A stretch of DNA of 64,000 bases from an uncultured Sphingobacteriales bacterium (GTDB lineage: Bacteria; Bacteroidota; Bacteroidia; Chitinophagales; Chitinophagaceae), in the NCBI GenBank assembly GCA_937991535.1, contig CALKHN010000013.1, forward strand, positions 1 through 64,000, in the 5' to 3' direction. Positions 37,612 to 49,800 of the stretch are shown here, piece after piece. A program made the translations under genes and the position numbers. A model generated the notes under the pieces. It saw only the letters and a program-made list of their open reading frames with translations, was not told where the DNA came from and did not search any database. Numbering within the stretch: the stretch's first letter is position 1; the number at the start of each line of letters is the position of its first letter.

Positions 37612-39042
37612 ATGAGGGTACAGTATAAATACGTGTTATTGTGTGGGATGGTGCTTTGCTTTTTTCAATGTCTGTTAGCTCAGGAAAAAGAAGAAATACC
37701 CCATGAAGATGACAACGTGCTCAAGTCATCATTTCTTACCATTCGCGATATTATCATTACCGGCAATAAAATTACCAAAACCTATATTATTGCAAGGGAA
37801 ATACCCATGAAGGAAAATGGCCAATATTCCATTTCAGATATACTTAAAAACCTTCCACGCTCAAAACAAAACTTAATCAACACAGGCCTGTTTATTGATG
37901 TTACAGTTGATTTTTCCAATTGGTTCAATGATTCGATGGATATTGTAATTGACGTAAAGGAAAGATGGTATTATTTTCCTGTTCCTTATTTTAAACCCGT
38001 TGACCGTAATTTTAATGTTTGGATCAATGAATACGGCGCCAGCCTGGCCAGAGTAGACTACGGCATTAAACTTATTCGTAACAATGTAAGTGGCAGAAAC
38101 GATAAGTTAAACATATGGCTCATTACCGGATATTCCAAGCAGGTGCTGCTGAATTATACAGCGCCTTATTTTGATAAATCATTAAAAAATGGCATGAGCA
38201 TTGACTTCCAGTTTTCGCAAAATAAAGAGCTCAATTATACTACGGAAAACAATAAGCAGATATTTTATAAAGATGAAAGCAGGTTTGTAACCGAAAAACT
38301 GCGGGTAGGGTTAGGCTATAGTTACCGTACCGGCTATATCAGGAGGCATAGCGTAAAATTGAGTTATAATGTCAGTAAGATCAATGATTCTGTATTAAGT
38401 CTTAACCCCGAGTATTATGGAAATAATACAAAGAAAGTAAAGTATCCCGAACTGAATTATCAATATCAATATTTCAATGTCAATTATATCCCCTTTCCGT
38501 TAAAGGGCTTTCAAGGGGAGCTTTCTTTCATGAAGAGAGGTATTACCAAAGATATGAACCTGTGGGAGTTTTCAGCAAAGGTGGGAAAATACTGGGAATT
38601 GTTTCCCAAATATTATTTTTCAATACAGGGTGTAGCAACCGTAAAACTTCCCTTTAAACAACCTTATTTTAATCGGCAAATGCTGGGCTATGGCGATATG
38701 TTCATGCGCGGGTTGGAATATTATGTGGTGGATGGGGTTGCCGGCGGTATGTCTAAAATAACATTGAGAAGGGAAATATGGAGCCCTAAGTTAAAAACTG
38801 GTTTAAAATCCAGATCTTATGGGGTTATTCCTTTTAAATTTTACCTGAAAACATACGGCGATTTAGGCTACATATACAGTAAAAAAGTGCTGAATGCTAA
38901 CCCGCTTAATAATCGCTTATTGTACACAGGTGGTGTGGGGTTGGATATGCTGTCAATTTACGATCTTACCCTTTTCCTGGAATATAGCTTTAACCAGTTA
39001 GGTGAAAACGGCGTATTTTTACAGGCCCGTCTTGGTTTTTAG
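37612..39042 (+). CDS. Omp85/BamA-like outer-membrane protein (POTRA + beta-barrel)
   Basis: Signal peptide. β-strand-rich C-terminus ending in an aromatic residue (GF). Confidence 0.5.
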   Translation: MRVQYKYVLLCGMVLCFFQCLLAQEKEEIPHEDDNVLKSSFLTIRDIIITGNKITKTYIIAREIPMKENGQYSISDILKNLPRSKQNLINTGLFIDVTVDFSNWFNDSMDIVIDVKERWYYFPVPYFKPVDRNFNVWINEYGASLARVDYGIKLIRNNVSGRNDKLNIWLITGYSKQVLLNYTAPYFDKSLKNGMSIDFQFSQNKELNYTTENNKQIFYKDESRFVTEKLRVGLGYSYRTGYIRRHSVKLSYNVSKINDSVLSLNPEYYGNNTKKVKYPELNYQYQYFNVNYIPFPLKGFQGELSFMKRGITKDMNLWEFSAKVGKYWELFPKYYFSIQGVATVKLPFKQPYFNRQMLGYGDMFMRGLEYYVVDGVAGGMSKITLRREIWSPKLKTGLKSRSYGVIPFKFYLKTYGDLGYIYSKKVLNANPLNNRLLYTGGVGLDMLSIYDLTLFLEYSFNQLGENGVFLQARLGF

Positions 39043-39053
39043 AAAATATTACA

Positions 39054-39929
39054 ATGAAAATCGCGATATACAGCCGTGGTGGTGAAACCGTTAGGCAAGA
39101 AGACCTGATGCTGCTCCTGGATGAACTGGAGAAGCAAAAGATATCATGTTATATGCATCTTGATTTTTTTGAACAGGTCAGGCAACTCTTTCAATCCAAT
39201 CAATACCCCACCTTTATAGATGCGGGCGATTTGGATGAGAGTTTTGAGTGCGTAATTAGCATGGGGGGCGATGGCACCTTACTGGATACCTTAACTTTTA
39301 TAAGGGATAGTAATATCCCTGTGCTGGGTATTAATTTCGGCCGACTGGGTTTTTTGGCAACTATTGGCAAGCATGAACTCACCAACACAGTAACTGCTTT
39401 AGTTAACCGTACTTATGTCGTAGACAGAAGAAGTCTCATTCACCTGGATGCCAATATTCCCCTTTTTGGTAAAACGCCTTATGCCCTTAATGAATTCGCG
39501 ATCCACAAAAGAGATACCTCTTCCATGATCAAGATCCATACCTATCTCAATGGCGAGTTCTTAAACACCTATTGGGCAGATGGAATAATTGTATCTACGC
39601 CCACGGGGTCAACAGGATATTCGTTAAGTTGTAACGGGCCAATATTATTTCCCGAAACCGGAAGTTTTATTATAACCCCGGTAGCGCCTCACAATCTTAA
39701 TGTTAGACCCATAGTAATCCCCGACGATAGTATTGTTTCTTTTGAAATAGAAGGCCGAACAGACCAATTTATATGTGCGCTGGATTCCCGTCGTGAAATT
39801 GTGAATAAAGACATACAATTAGCCGTTAAAAAAGAAACATTTACCATAGGGTTGTTGCGGTTGGGCGAAAACAGTTACTTACAAACGCTCAGAAGTAAGC
39901 TTTCCTGGGGGCTTGATAAAAGAAACTGA
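39054..39929 (+). CDS. nadK: NAD(+) kinase
   Basis: GGDGTLL and NEF/DGxxxSTPTGSTGYS motifs. Confidence 0.9.
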   Translation: MKIAIYSRGGETVRQEDLMLLLDELEKQKISCYMHLDFFEQVRQLFQSNQYPTFIDAGDLDESFECVISMGGDGTLLDTLTFIRDSNIPVLGINFGRLGFLATIGKHELTNTVTALVNRTYVVDRRSLIHLDANIPLFGKTPYALNEFAIHKRDTSSMIKIHTYLNGEFLNTYWADGIIVSTPTGSTGYSLSCNGPILFPETGSFIITPVAPHNLNVRPIVIPDDSIVSFEIEGRTDQFICALDSRREIVNKDIQLAVKKETFTIGLLRLGENSYLQTLRSKLSWGLDKRN

Positions 39930-40095
39930 GCCTGGATTTCTATTAAGATTTCATTAAAATCAATCACAATATCATTGACATTAGCTACTAATCCTGTATT
40001 TTGCGTTACTTAATGTAATGGTACGATGCGATGTTCAGATGCGTATTAAGTTGTTTCAACTTTAGTGATGAGCGTTTTGTAAAACAAATTTTGTA

Positions 40096-40953
40096 TTGAT
40101 GAAGAAGTTATTCGTATCAATTTTCTGTATAGCCTTTTTTTTATCTTCGATGGCACAGGTAGATGGCGTTGTGCAGGAAGGTGAATTTGGCGTTACTGTG
40201 GGTGCCGCACATTATTTTGGCGACATCAATACCAACGCATCACTAAACCGCCCAAAGCCGGCACTGGGTATTTTCTTTCGTAAACAGTTTGGAGAATACA
40301 TCGCGTTACGCCTTGGGGTACACTATGCACAAATAGGGTATTCAGATATTTATAGCAAGAACGACTATCAAAAAAGAAGGAACCTCAGTTTTAACAGTAA
40401 TCTTTGGGAAGCTACCATACAGGGAGATTTTAACTTTATGCGCTTTGTACCGGGCGAGCCTTTCTTAAACTTTACCCCATATGTTACGCTGGGTATAGGC
40501 GCTTTTAACTACGATCCCTACGCATATTTACAGGGTAAAAAATATTTTTTACGAAATTTAGGTACAGAGGGTCAGGGGTCATCCCTGTATCCGGGTCGTA
40601 AACCTTATAGTGCGGTGGCTTTTTGCATGCCATTGGGTATGGGCTTTAAATACAATATTAATCCCAATATTAATTTCTCTTTTGAAGTAGCTTACCGGTT
40701 TACCACCTCCGATTATATAGATGATGTAAGTACTTATTATTATCCTGATGCATTTGCAACTACCCTGCCTGGCGGTGCGCTTACTCCGTGGTATTCATTG
40801 CAGGATCGTTCCTATGAAACCGGAGATGGCGTAAGGATAGGTACAAAAGGCCGCCAGAGAGGATTCAGGAATCAAACAGATGCATATGTAATAGCGGAGG
40901 TGGGATTGGCATTTACGCTTACTTCGTACAGGTGCCCCACAGCTAAGCCATAA
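40096..40953 (+). CDS. Outer-membrane beta-barrel protein (DUF6089-like)
   Basis: Signal peptide, alternating aromatic β-strands. Confidence 0.45.
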   Translation: MMKKLFVSIFCIAFFLSSMAQVDGVVQEGEFGVTVGAAHYFGDINTNASLNRPKPALGIFFRKQFGEYIALRLGVHYAQIGYSDIYSKNDYQKRRNLSFNSNLWEATIQGDFNFMRFVPGEPFLNFTPYVTLGIGAFNYDPYAYLQGKKYFLRNLGTEGQGSSLYPGRKPYSAVAFCMPLGMGFKYNINPNINFSFEVAYRFTTSDYIDDVSTYYYPDAFATTLPGGALTPWYSLQDRSYETGDGVRIGTKGRQRGFRNQTDAYVIAEVGLAFTLTSYRCPTAKP

Positions 40954-41091
40954 TGCAGGTTGGCCGATTAGCGGTTTGCTTCATGCTGGTTTAATATGCT
41001 GATCAGTGGTTTTTTCGCTGATTTGTATTTTCTGCACTTCAACTTCAATTTAACCAGTCCGTTATTCGCTTCAATTATCACCTAATTTTAC

Positions 41092-43344
41092 GTGCGAATG
41101 GTGCGTACAATTTCAGGTATGAATTATGTGACCGAGTTTAAGAAGTTTATAACCGGTCAATACCTTACAAAAGGACTGCGAATTACTGTAGGGGCAATAT
41201 TGCCTGCCTGGATTTTATACAAATTCAACCTGCTGTCTGTTGGCATTGCTTTGCCATTGGGGGCCTTAATGGTTAGCCTTACCGATTCGCCCGGACCGAT
41301 TCATCATCGCAGGAATGGTATGCTGGCCAGCAATATCCTCAACTTTGTTGTTGCCCTAATTATCGGGTATACCCGTAATTATCCCTGGCTGCTGGCCATA
41401 GAGCTTACTGTATTAAGTTTTTTTTTCTCCTTTATCGGTATCTATGGCAACCGTACCAACGCTATAGGACTTATTGCCATTATTGTAATCGTACTCAATA
41501 TTGATGTATATTATGCGCAGGAACGGGTAATCAGCGATGCCCTTTTTATGCTGGGTGGAGGCATTTGGTATATGTTGCTAAGTCTTTTATTGTATTCGTT
41601 AAAACCGTATCGCCTTATACAGCAGGCACTGGGCGAATGTATTATGCTTACCGCTTCCTATCTTAAAACAAAATCAAAATTATACAAAACCAATGTGGTA
41701 TACGATGAGGTATATAAAGAACTTCTTCCCCTGCAAATCAGCATACATCACCAGCAGGAACAATTGCGGGAATTATTATTCAAAGCAAGAAGATTTACCA
41801 GCGAATCAACAACAAGGGGACGAATTTTACTGATGATGTTCGTTGATTCGGTTGATTTGTTTGAGCAGGTAATGACATCACAGCAAAATTATAAATCTCT
41901 TCACGATTATTTTAAGGAAGGAAATTTATTGGAACAATTCAGGCAGCTTATTTTAGAAGCGGCAAATGAATTGGATAAAATAGGACTGGTTATTCAAAGC
42001 GGATTCCCATCCAGAGACACAGACAGCTTAAATATGCTTATTAAAGAAACGGAGGAAGCGTTTGTAGCATACAGGGATACCTTCCTGAAGCCCGATAACC
42101 TGGAAGGGTTTATCAGCCTCAAGCATATACTCAATTCTATAAAGGATATTGCGGATCGCATTAAGCGCCTGCATAAATATACGACTTACAGCAGCGAAGC
42201 CGATAAGGAAATAAAACATGAAATAGATGCAGAGCACTTTGTTTCACGGCAGGAATTCGATCCGAAGCTACTGGCAGAGAATTTTTCACTGAAGTCCAAT
42301 ATTTTTCGTCACTCTCTCCGGGTTAGCCTGTGTATTTTGGCTGGATACATTATTGCGCAGTTTCTTCCATTTGGTCATGGTTACTGGATACTTTTAACCA
42401 TTGTTACCATATTAAAACCTGCATACAGCATCAGCAAAAAGCGAAATGTGGAGCGGCTGCTGGGTACCTTAACCGGCGCAGGAGCGGGGTTTTTACTATT
42501 GTATAATGTGCAAACCGATACCGTGTTGTTTGGCGTAATGATCATTGTGATGATCATTGGCTACAGCTTTCTTCAGATCCAGTATTCAATAAGTGTGGCC
42601 GCCATTACGGTATATGTACTGCTCGCCTTTCACTTCCTGCATCCTGCTGATTTCAAAAGCCTGGCAACAGACCGTGTAATAGATACGGCTATTGGATCTG
42701 CTATTTCTTTTACAGCCGCTTTGTTTTTTTTACCAAGATGGGAGCAGGAGCAGGTGAATGAATATATTCATAAGTTAATGGAAGCCAATCTTAAATATTT
42801 TAGTACAGTAGCCCGTGCATTTTATGATGCTGCCCCGGAGATCAATGTATATAAAATTGCAAGAAAAGACGCGTATGTTGCGTTGGCCAATCTTTCAGAT
42901 GCTTTTCAGCGTCTATTATCGGAACCTAAAAACAAAACAAAGCAGGCGCAGCTACTACACCACCTGGTGGTAGGTAATCATATGCTTACCTCTCATATTG
43001 CCACGTTGGGTATATACATGCAATCCCTGGCGCCAAGGTACCATTCCGATGCATTTAAGCCCGTAGCAGACAGCATAGAATGGCAAATGCAAATGGCTAT
43101 TGCTTTATCGCAAAACAGCGGGGGCGAAGTAACAGACCCAACAGAAAAAGGGTTTGCACAGATACGTGATATTGTTCAGGTTCTTTTAACACAGAGAGTG
43201 TCTGAGTTAAGAGACGGATCGGTAAACAGTAATGTAAGAAAAACGCTGTCTGGTTTTAAAACTATAACGGATCAGTTTGAATTGATTTATACCATAACAA
43301 TTGACATCAATAATGTGCTTAAAAAATTAAAAAACGTTATTTGA
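41092..43344 (+). CDS. FUSC/YccS family inner-membrane protein
   Basis: Two multi-TM blocks separated by a long cytoplasmic region. 750 aa. Confidence 0.7.
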   Translation: MRMVRTISGMNYVTEFKKFITGQYLTKGLRITVGAILPAWILYKFNLLSVGIALPLGALMVSLTDSPGPIHHRRNGMLASNILNFVVALIIGYTRNYPWLLAIELTVLSFFFSFIGIYGNRTNAIGLIAIIVIVLNIDVYYAQERVISDALFMLGGGIWYMLLSLLLYSLKPYRLIQQALGECIMLTASYLKTKSKLYKTNVVYDEVYKELLPLQISIHHQQEQLRELLFKARRFTSESTTRGRILLMMFVDSVDLFEQVMTSQQNYKSLHDYFKEGNLLEQFRQLILEAANELDKIGLVIQSGFPSRDTDSLNMLIKETEEAFVAYRDTFLKPDNLEGFISLKHILNSIKDIADRIKRLHKYTTYSSEADKEIKHEIDAEHFVSRQEFDPKLLAENFSLKSNIFRHSLRVSLCILAGYIIAQFLPFGHGYWILLTIVTILKPAYSISKKRNVERLLGTLTGAGAGFLLLYNVQTDTVLFGVMIIVMIIGYSFLQIQYSISVAAITVYVLLAFHFLHPADFKSLATDRVIDTAIGSAISFTAALFFLPRWEQEQVNEYIHKLMEANLKYFSTVARAFYDAAPEINVYKIARKDAYVALANLSDAFQRLLSEPKNKTKQAQLLHHLVVGNHMLTSHIATLGIYMQSLAPRYHSDAFKPVADSIEWQMQMAIALSQNSGGEVTDPTEKGFAQIRDIVQVLLTQRVSELRDGSVNSNVRKTLSGFKTITDQFELIYTITIDINNVLKKLKNVI

Positions 43345-43598
43345 TAAATGATAAAGTGCTTTGGACATTCTAACTAAATCGTTAATTTTAAGGAATATCT
43401 TACGTTGTATGTTTTAAATCTGTTAATGTATGTCAAAACAAAGCAGCAATTGCATCCCGAATTTGTACTTTTGGAGCCTTTTAAACAAGTTCAATCCTTC
43501 TGATTTTAAAAAGATAAGGATCAGGTAAGATATTACTGGTTTAAGAAGATATTTTCCAGGATTATTATTTACAATATCCAAAAGCTAATGCCGTTAAT

Positions 43599-44375
43599 AT
43601 GAGGCTTAGAAATTATACCCCGATGAAATTCCATTCCGTACCTAAAAAACTGGGCTTTGCCCTTCTTTTTCTTGCGCCTGTGCTCATTTCGGGCATCATT
43701 AAAGCAAACCGCTTTTCCCCTGTTCTTCCAACAGTTACCTATTATCTTCCAAACGATTTTCGTGCCGGGGTTCACAAGGTATTTGTAAACCGGTTATACG
43801 ACAGCATTCATTTAAATGAATTAGGCCTCCAAAAAAATGTGCTCGAACTGGCGCTGAAAGGGTTTAGCAAATTAGCAAATAAGGGCAGGTTAAACAAAGA
43901 CAGTATTCTTACGATTGTTGATTTTTCAAAATCGTCGCGCGAAAAAAGAATGTATATAATTGATCTGAAAAATGTTATGCTTTTGTTTAATACCAGGGTA
44001 GCACATGGCAAAAATTCGGGAATGGAATATGCACATAATTTCTCCAACATCATGTCTTCCCATAAGAGCAGCCTTGGGTTTTATGTAACAGAAAAAACCT
44101 ACAGGGGTGAAAACGGGTATTCGCTTCGGTTGAGGGGAATGGAAAAGAATATTAATGATAAAGCGCTCAGGAGAAGTATAGTTATACATGGCGCAGCTTA
44201 TGCAGACGATCGTTTTTTAAACGAAAAAGGAATGCTGGGAAGGAGTTACGGTTGCCCGGCGGTACCGATGGAAGACCACAAGGCTATCATTGATGCCATT
44301 AAAGAGGGTTCCTGTTTATTCATTTATTCGCCCAGCAGTAAATATTTAAAAACTTCCACGATCCTAAACGGTTAG
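43599..44375 (+). CDS. L,D-transpeptidase catalytic-domain-like secreted protein
   Basis: Signal peptide. HG...SYGCPAV region resembles the YkuD catalytic His/Cys. Confidence 0.45.
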   Translation: MRLRNYTPMKFHSVPKKLGFALLFLAPVLISGIIKANRFSPVLPTVTYYLPNDFRAGVHKVFVNRLYDSIHLNELGLQKNVLELALKGFSKLANKGRLNKDSILTIVDFSKSSREKRMYIIDLKNVMLLFNTRVAHGKNSGMEYAHNFSNIMSSHKSSLGFYVTEKTYRGENGYSLRLRGMEKNINDKALRRSIVIHGAAYADDRFLNEKGMLGRSYGCPAVPMEDHKAIIDAIKEGSCLFIYSPSSKYLKTSTILNG

Positions 44376-44432
44376 AATAAATATAAGAATGGTTAAGGTT
44401 GAAGCCTGGTCTGCTACGGAGACCGGGCTGTT

Positions 44433-45125
44433 TTATTCCATTACAAATCTGTAGCCAACCCCTTTTACGGTAATAATTTTCAATGCAGGATCGCTTTTAA
44501 GATAGCTCCTGATTTTAGTGACGTATACATCCAGTGTTCGGGAATTAAAGAAGGAATCGCTTCCCCATAATACGTTCAGGATATCTCTGCGGTCAATAAC
44601 ATGCTGACGGTTTTCATATAGCAGTTTCAACAACTCACTTTCCCTGAAAGATAATTTTTTCTCCACCATATTGTATATTAAAGTTTGCCGGTGCGGATTA
44701 AAAATATACTCACCCATTCTGATCTCATCTTTCGGTTCCTCGCTTTGTGCTTCCCCGTTGCGGTAGCGCAAAGCATTTTCAACCCGTACAATCAGTTCTT
44801 CCATGCTAAAGGGCTTGCGGATGTAATCATTGGCGCCTTTGTGGAATCCTTTTACGAGATCGGTGGTTTGAGTTTTGGCAGTTAAAAAAATAATGGGCAT
44901 ATTCATATCTGCCTTCCTGATTTCTTCGGCAATGGTGAAACCGTCTTTATTGGGAAGCATAACATCCAGGATGCAGATATCAGGTTTGATTTCATGAAAT
45001 TGTGCCATCACATCTGCACCATCCATCTCTAACAACACTTCATAACCCCTGCTTTCAAGGCTTTCTTTTACAATCTTCGCCAGGAATGTTTCATCTTCAA
45101 CATACAGTATCCTAGTTTTCCTCAT
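44433..45125 (-). CDS. OmpR/PhoB-type response regulator
   Basis: Receiver domain + winged-helix (VGYRFV). Confidence 0.9.
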   Translation of the reverse strand: MRKTRILYVEDETFLAKIVKESLESRGYEVLLEMDGADVMAQFHEIKPDICILDVMLPNKDGFTIAEEIRKADMNMPIIFLTAKTQTTDLVKGFHKGANDYIRKPFSMEELIVRVENALRYRNGEAQSEEPKDEIRMGEYIFNPHRQTLIYNMVEKKLSFRESELLKLLYENRQHVIDRRDILNVLWGSDSFFNSRTLDVYVTKIRSYLKSDPALKIITVKGVGYRFVME

Positions 45126-46536
45126 GGGTAATGGGCAGTTTGATTATAAATTCGCTTCCACTGCCCGGTTCGCTCTGCAGTGTAATTGTGCCGTGGTGCT
45201 GCTGAACAATATGAGCTACATAACTTAAACCTAAACCATATCCTTTTATGTTGTGCCTGTTATCGGTTGGAACGCGGAAGAATTTTTCAAAGATTTTGTT
45301 TTTAAATTCTGCAGGTACCCCAATGCCATTATCCTTCACCCTTAATATGCATTCATTGTCTTTACAGCTAATGCTCACATCAATGAGAGGTTTGCCTTTG
45401 CTGTACTTAAGTGCATTATCCAAAAGATTATACAGCACACTGGTAATATGCAACTGATCTGCCGTTATCATAAACTGGCTGCCGGAACTGTGCAGGTTGA
45501 CTTTTGCTTTCGCCTTTTCAAATTGCAGTCCCATGGAGTCTATTACTTCAGTTGCCAGTTGTTTTAAATCAAATTGTTCATATTTTAACTCTGTCTGCTG
45601 TTTTTCAAACATCGAAAGTTTAAGCACTTTATCTACCAGCATAGACAACCTGCTTAATTCATTTCCTGCTATATCAAGGTATTCCTTTGTACGTTCGGGC
45701 TGCTGTAATACATTAAAGTTTTTTATGGCTTCAATGGCCACACTCACTGTAGAAATTGGTGTTTTTAGCTCATGGGTGATGTTGCTGATGAAGTCGTTTT
45801 TAATATTGGTAAGCCTTTGCTGATCTCTTAAATTCCTGTATAAAACAGAAAAGGCGGTGATGGTTAGACCTATAAGGAAAATTGAAAAAACAATTTGAGG
45901 CAAAATTTTTCCAAATATATAATTAGAAGTATTGCCTAACTGTACCTGGTAACTGATCGGGTGCGTAAGTCCGATAGTGGCTTTATTCCACTCGGGCCGC
46001 GATTGTTCATCGCGTTTTTTTTCAGATTCCTCCTTTCTTGTAATAGAAAAAGGAACATTTATATCTTCCTTCTGCAGGTTTTTTTTGTAGGCCTCTCCGA
46101 TATCCACAACCCGTAGCGAATCCTGGAGAGAATCTATGCCGATTAAAAATTCAAAAAAGCGTCCGCCGGCTTTATAACTTCTGCGCAACGAGGTATCGCC
46201 GGGTACCGATCCTGCAGATCTTTCCACTGTAATAATGGAATTGCGTGTGGGTTGCGGGGGAATATTATAAAACGAATCACTCATGCGTTTTCTTATCGTT
46301 TCTGTAAACCGCGCTATATCAGGAGGTAAACCATAGCGCAGCCTGGAGGTACTGTCTAACTTTAGCCTGGATGACTGCAGGTCGAAAACCGATTCGCGGA
46401 ATATTACATTGGTACGAAAGCGAAGCACTCTTTTCTCTTCGTTAATTTTCATACCGATCCAATACACCTGAAAGGCGGCAATCAATAAGATGGCTGCTAC
46501 CATTAAACCAACCGATATATTGAATTTACGGGTCAT
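45112..46536 (-). CDS. Sensor histidine kinase
   Basis: H-box ITHELKTP. N, G1, G2 boxes. Two TM helices. Confidence 0.9.
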   Translation of the reverse strand: MTRKFNISVGLMVAAILLIAAFQVYWIGMKINEEKRVLRFRTNVIFRESVFDLQSSRLKLDSTSRLRYGLPPDIARFTETIRKRMSDSFYNIPPQPTRNSIITVERSAGSVPGDTSLRRSYKAGGRFFEFLIGIDSLQDSLRVVDIGEAYKKNLQKEDINVPFSITRKEESEKKRDEQSRPEWNKATIGLTHPISYQVQLGNTSNYIFGKILPQIVFSIFLIGLTITAFSVLYRNLRDQQRLTNIKNDFISNITHELKTPISTVSVAIEAIKNFNVLQQPERTKEYLDIAGNELSRLSMLVDKVLKLSMFEKQQTELKYEQFDLKQLATEVIDSMGLQFEKAKAKVNLHSSGSQFMITADQLHITSVLYNLLDNALKYSKGKPLIDVSISCKDNECILRVKDNGIGVPAEFKNKIFEKFFRVPTDNRHNIKGYGLGLSYVAHIVQQHHGTITLQSEPGSGSEFIIKLPITHEEN

Positions 46537-46824
46537 GTAGCTGCAAAAATATATTTTACCCCCTTCAAGTTGTTATTGCTTTAACCTTAATTAACATCTC
46601 ACCCCAAAATATAATAAAACGCTTAATGCTGCGTTACCTCTAAATACGCTTCATCCAATATTATTAAAATAGCCATCATGAACTCCTTTACATCAAGAAA
46701 CTCATTTGATCTTAACAGGCTGTTTTTCAGCTTGCTGAATAAAATTATGCAACGTCCTGACTTTTACCCTATCAAATACTATCATAAGAGAAGACGGGGA
46801 AGAAACGAGTTGGAAAGTTTATAG

Positions 46825-49800
46825 TTAGCTGAAAAGATATTCCACATCATCCCTGGAAAGGCTCTTAACGAAAGTGCTGTCGTCTGCGATGAGGTCACGC
46901 GCTAAAGAACGCTTTTTTTCCTGCAATTGAAGTATCTTATCCTCAATAGTGTCTTTGCATATCATGCGATAGGCGAAAATATTTTTCGTTTGTCCTATAC
47001 GATGGGTACGGTCAATGGCCTGCTGCTCTACGGCAGGGTTCCACCATGGGTCAACAATATATACATAATCGGCAGCGGTAAGGTTCAATCCCACGCCACC
47101 GGCTTTGAGAGAAATTAAAAACGCCCTGCAGGTATCATCGTTCTGAAAACGGTTGATGGCACGCTCTCTTTCGTGTGCAGGTGTGCTTCCGTCGAAATAT
47201 TCAAAAGGCACATCCAGCGATTTAAGCTTGTCTTTAATAAGTGCCAGCATACCCAGGAACTGCGAAAATACCAGTGCCTTGTGATTGCTTATATTTTCAG
47301 TGATCTCCCTGGCTATTTCTTCCAGCTTTATCGAATGATTGGGGTATTTCTCCGGTTCATTCATAATTGCAGGCGAATCGCATATCTGCCGCAGTTTCAT
47401 CAACCCCTGCAAAATGGTTAGCTGCGAACGCTCAATACCCTGCTCATTGATCACGCCCAATATTCTATTGCGGTAGTCGTTGCGGAAAGCTTCATAAATT
47501 TCCCTTTGCTCAGACTGCATTTCGCAAAACAGGATCGTTTCCGTTTTTTCGGGAAGATCTTTTGCCACCTGTTCTTTGGTGCGCCGGAGGATAAACGGAT
47601 ACAGCAGTTTCTTCAAATGCTCTTTCCTGTCCTGTTCTCCAAATTTATCAATCGGAGTAGCAAATTCATTTCTGAAGTATTCAACACTGCCCAGCATACC
47701 CGGATTTAAAAAATTCATCTGTGCATATATATCAAATGTGTTGTTCTGCAGGGGCGTACCACTCAGGCAAAGCCGGTTTTTTGATACCAGCAGGCCCGCG
47801 GCTTTGGTTACCTTGCTTTGGGGGTTTTTAATGGCCTGCGATTCATCAAGAATAACGTAATCAAAATGCATTTCGGTAAGCAATTTGATATCGCTGCGTA
47901 AAGTGCCGTAAGTGGTGATAATAATATTATGAGCATTAAAAACTTCCTTGCTCCGGCCCCTGTCGCCACCATGGTGAATATAATAGCTCAGATCGGGGGT
48001 GAATTTTTTTATTTCATTTTCCCAGTTGAACATCAGGGTCGTAGGACAAACCACTATGGCCTTCAGTGATTGATGGGTATCGCGGTAAAACTGCAAAAAT
48101 GACAAAGCCTGCACTGTTTTACCCAAACCCATGTCGTCGGCCAGGATACCACCCCAGCCTACTTCGCTCAGGTAATTCAACCAGTGATACCCAGCTACCT
48201 GGTAGGGGCGTAAAATATGCGCCAACGCCGGGGGTGGGTCAATTTCCTTGATACGGTTAAATCCTCTCAGCCGGTTGTATTTCTCTTCCAGTTCTATTAA
48301 AACTTCGGCTTCATTCCGCTCTTCGTACAGTTCATCTATTACACTCAGATGGTATTTTGAAAGACGCAAAGAATTGTTTTTACCCTCCCCTACCCTGAAC
48401 AGCAGTGAATATTTTTTTAGCCAGCCCTCGGGTAATATGCCAAGCGTGCCATCGTTAAGCTGAACAAACTGCTGTTTGTTAACCAGCGCTCTTTTAATTT
48501 CGTCTATACTTACCTGTTGTCCGCCAAACACTACCTTTACCCTGGCATCGAACCAGTCCATGCCACTGCTGATATGAATTTCAGTAGAAGGTCGCGCTGT
48601 ATTAAAGCGAAAGTTTTTCAGCACATCAAAACCCACTACCGGTACATTCATTTCTTTCATACTGTCTACAAACAAAAAGAACCAGTTGTTCTTCAAAACG
48701 TCGGCGCCTTTTAAAGCCAGTGTGGCCGCACCCTCGGGATGAATGAAATTGGAATGAAGCCCTTCTAATTTTTTTATAAACTGCAATTCCACCTGCCGGT
48801 TTCTGTGAATTTCAAGCACCTTATCGTTTACAGGCAATGTAATGATATCATTGGCGTTGAACCGTGTTTCAAAACCCTTATACGAAAATACAGGCACAAA
48901 TAAAAGGTAGTCTCCTTTTTCCTGCAGCAGTACTTTTACCTCCGGATCACCATCTTTTATTTCCTGAACAAGACTTTCGGCAAAGCGTACTTTATAATCC
49001 TTCGTTAGTGGGATAATAACTTTTTGCAGGTAGTCGGGCCAGTCATTCCCGGCAATAAGCAGGTTATCCTTTTGGGCAAACCTTTCAATTTCCATTATAT
49101 CTTCCTGCCGGCTCCAGTTATAAAAAGTATCCGCGTATTTAAAAACCATGTTGCTGTTCCACTCGTTTTCCTGCAAAGGCACTTCGGTTCCGTTCACCTG
49201 TACATAACAGGTTATTTCAACTTTTTCTTTCCGGGTATTTACATGAAAAACGGGAGTTGCCGTTTCATCCGACAACTGAACCTGAAGGAGATTTGAGGTA
49301 ATGAAATTTTTCCGGTGTGGTAATAAATAGATGAGTGGGTTATCTTTTTGCTCGTTGAATAATTTAAGCAGTTTGGGATACCAGTATTCCGTGATCAGGG
49401 ATTTGGTTTCTTCGGGAAGATCATCATCTTCATGATGGATAATGTTTTCCCAGATTCCCGAAAAAGGAGAATTACGGCTCACGTATTTATTTACTTCAGC
49501 TTCGTTTAGTTTACGGATTTGCTGCAGCAGTTGTTTATCCTGGTCTGTATACTGATCTGCATTTACAAACTTTGCGATATCAAGTTTCTCAATCTTACCG
49601 CTAAAACCTGTACCACTGTCATTTATTTCACCGCTAATGGCATCCAGTCTAAAGCAAGGATATGCTCCTTTTGTTTCATTAAATACTACACCAATGCGGT
49701 TGATATTTTCACCGGGCAGCGGAACTTCTTCCTCAGCTATTACCGGTTCCTGCTCAGCAACAGCAGTACGTGACTTAAGCAATCCCCCTGCTACAGGATC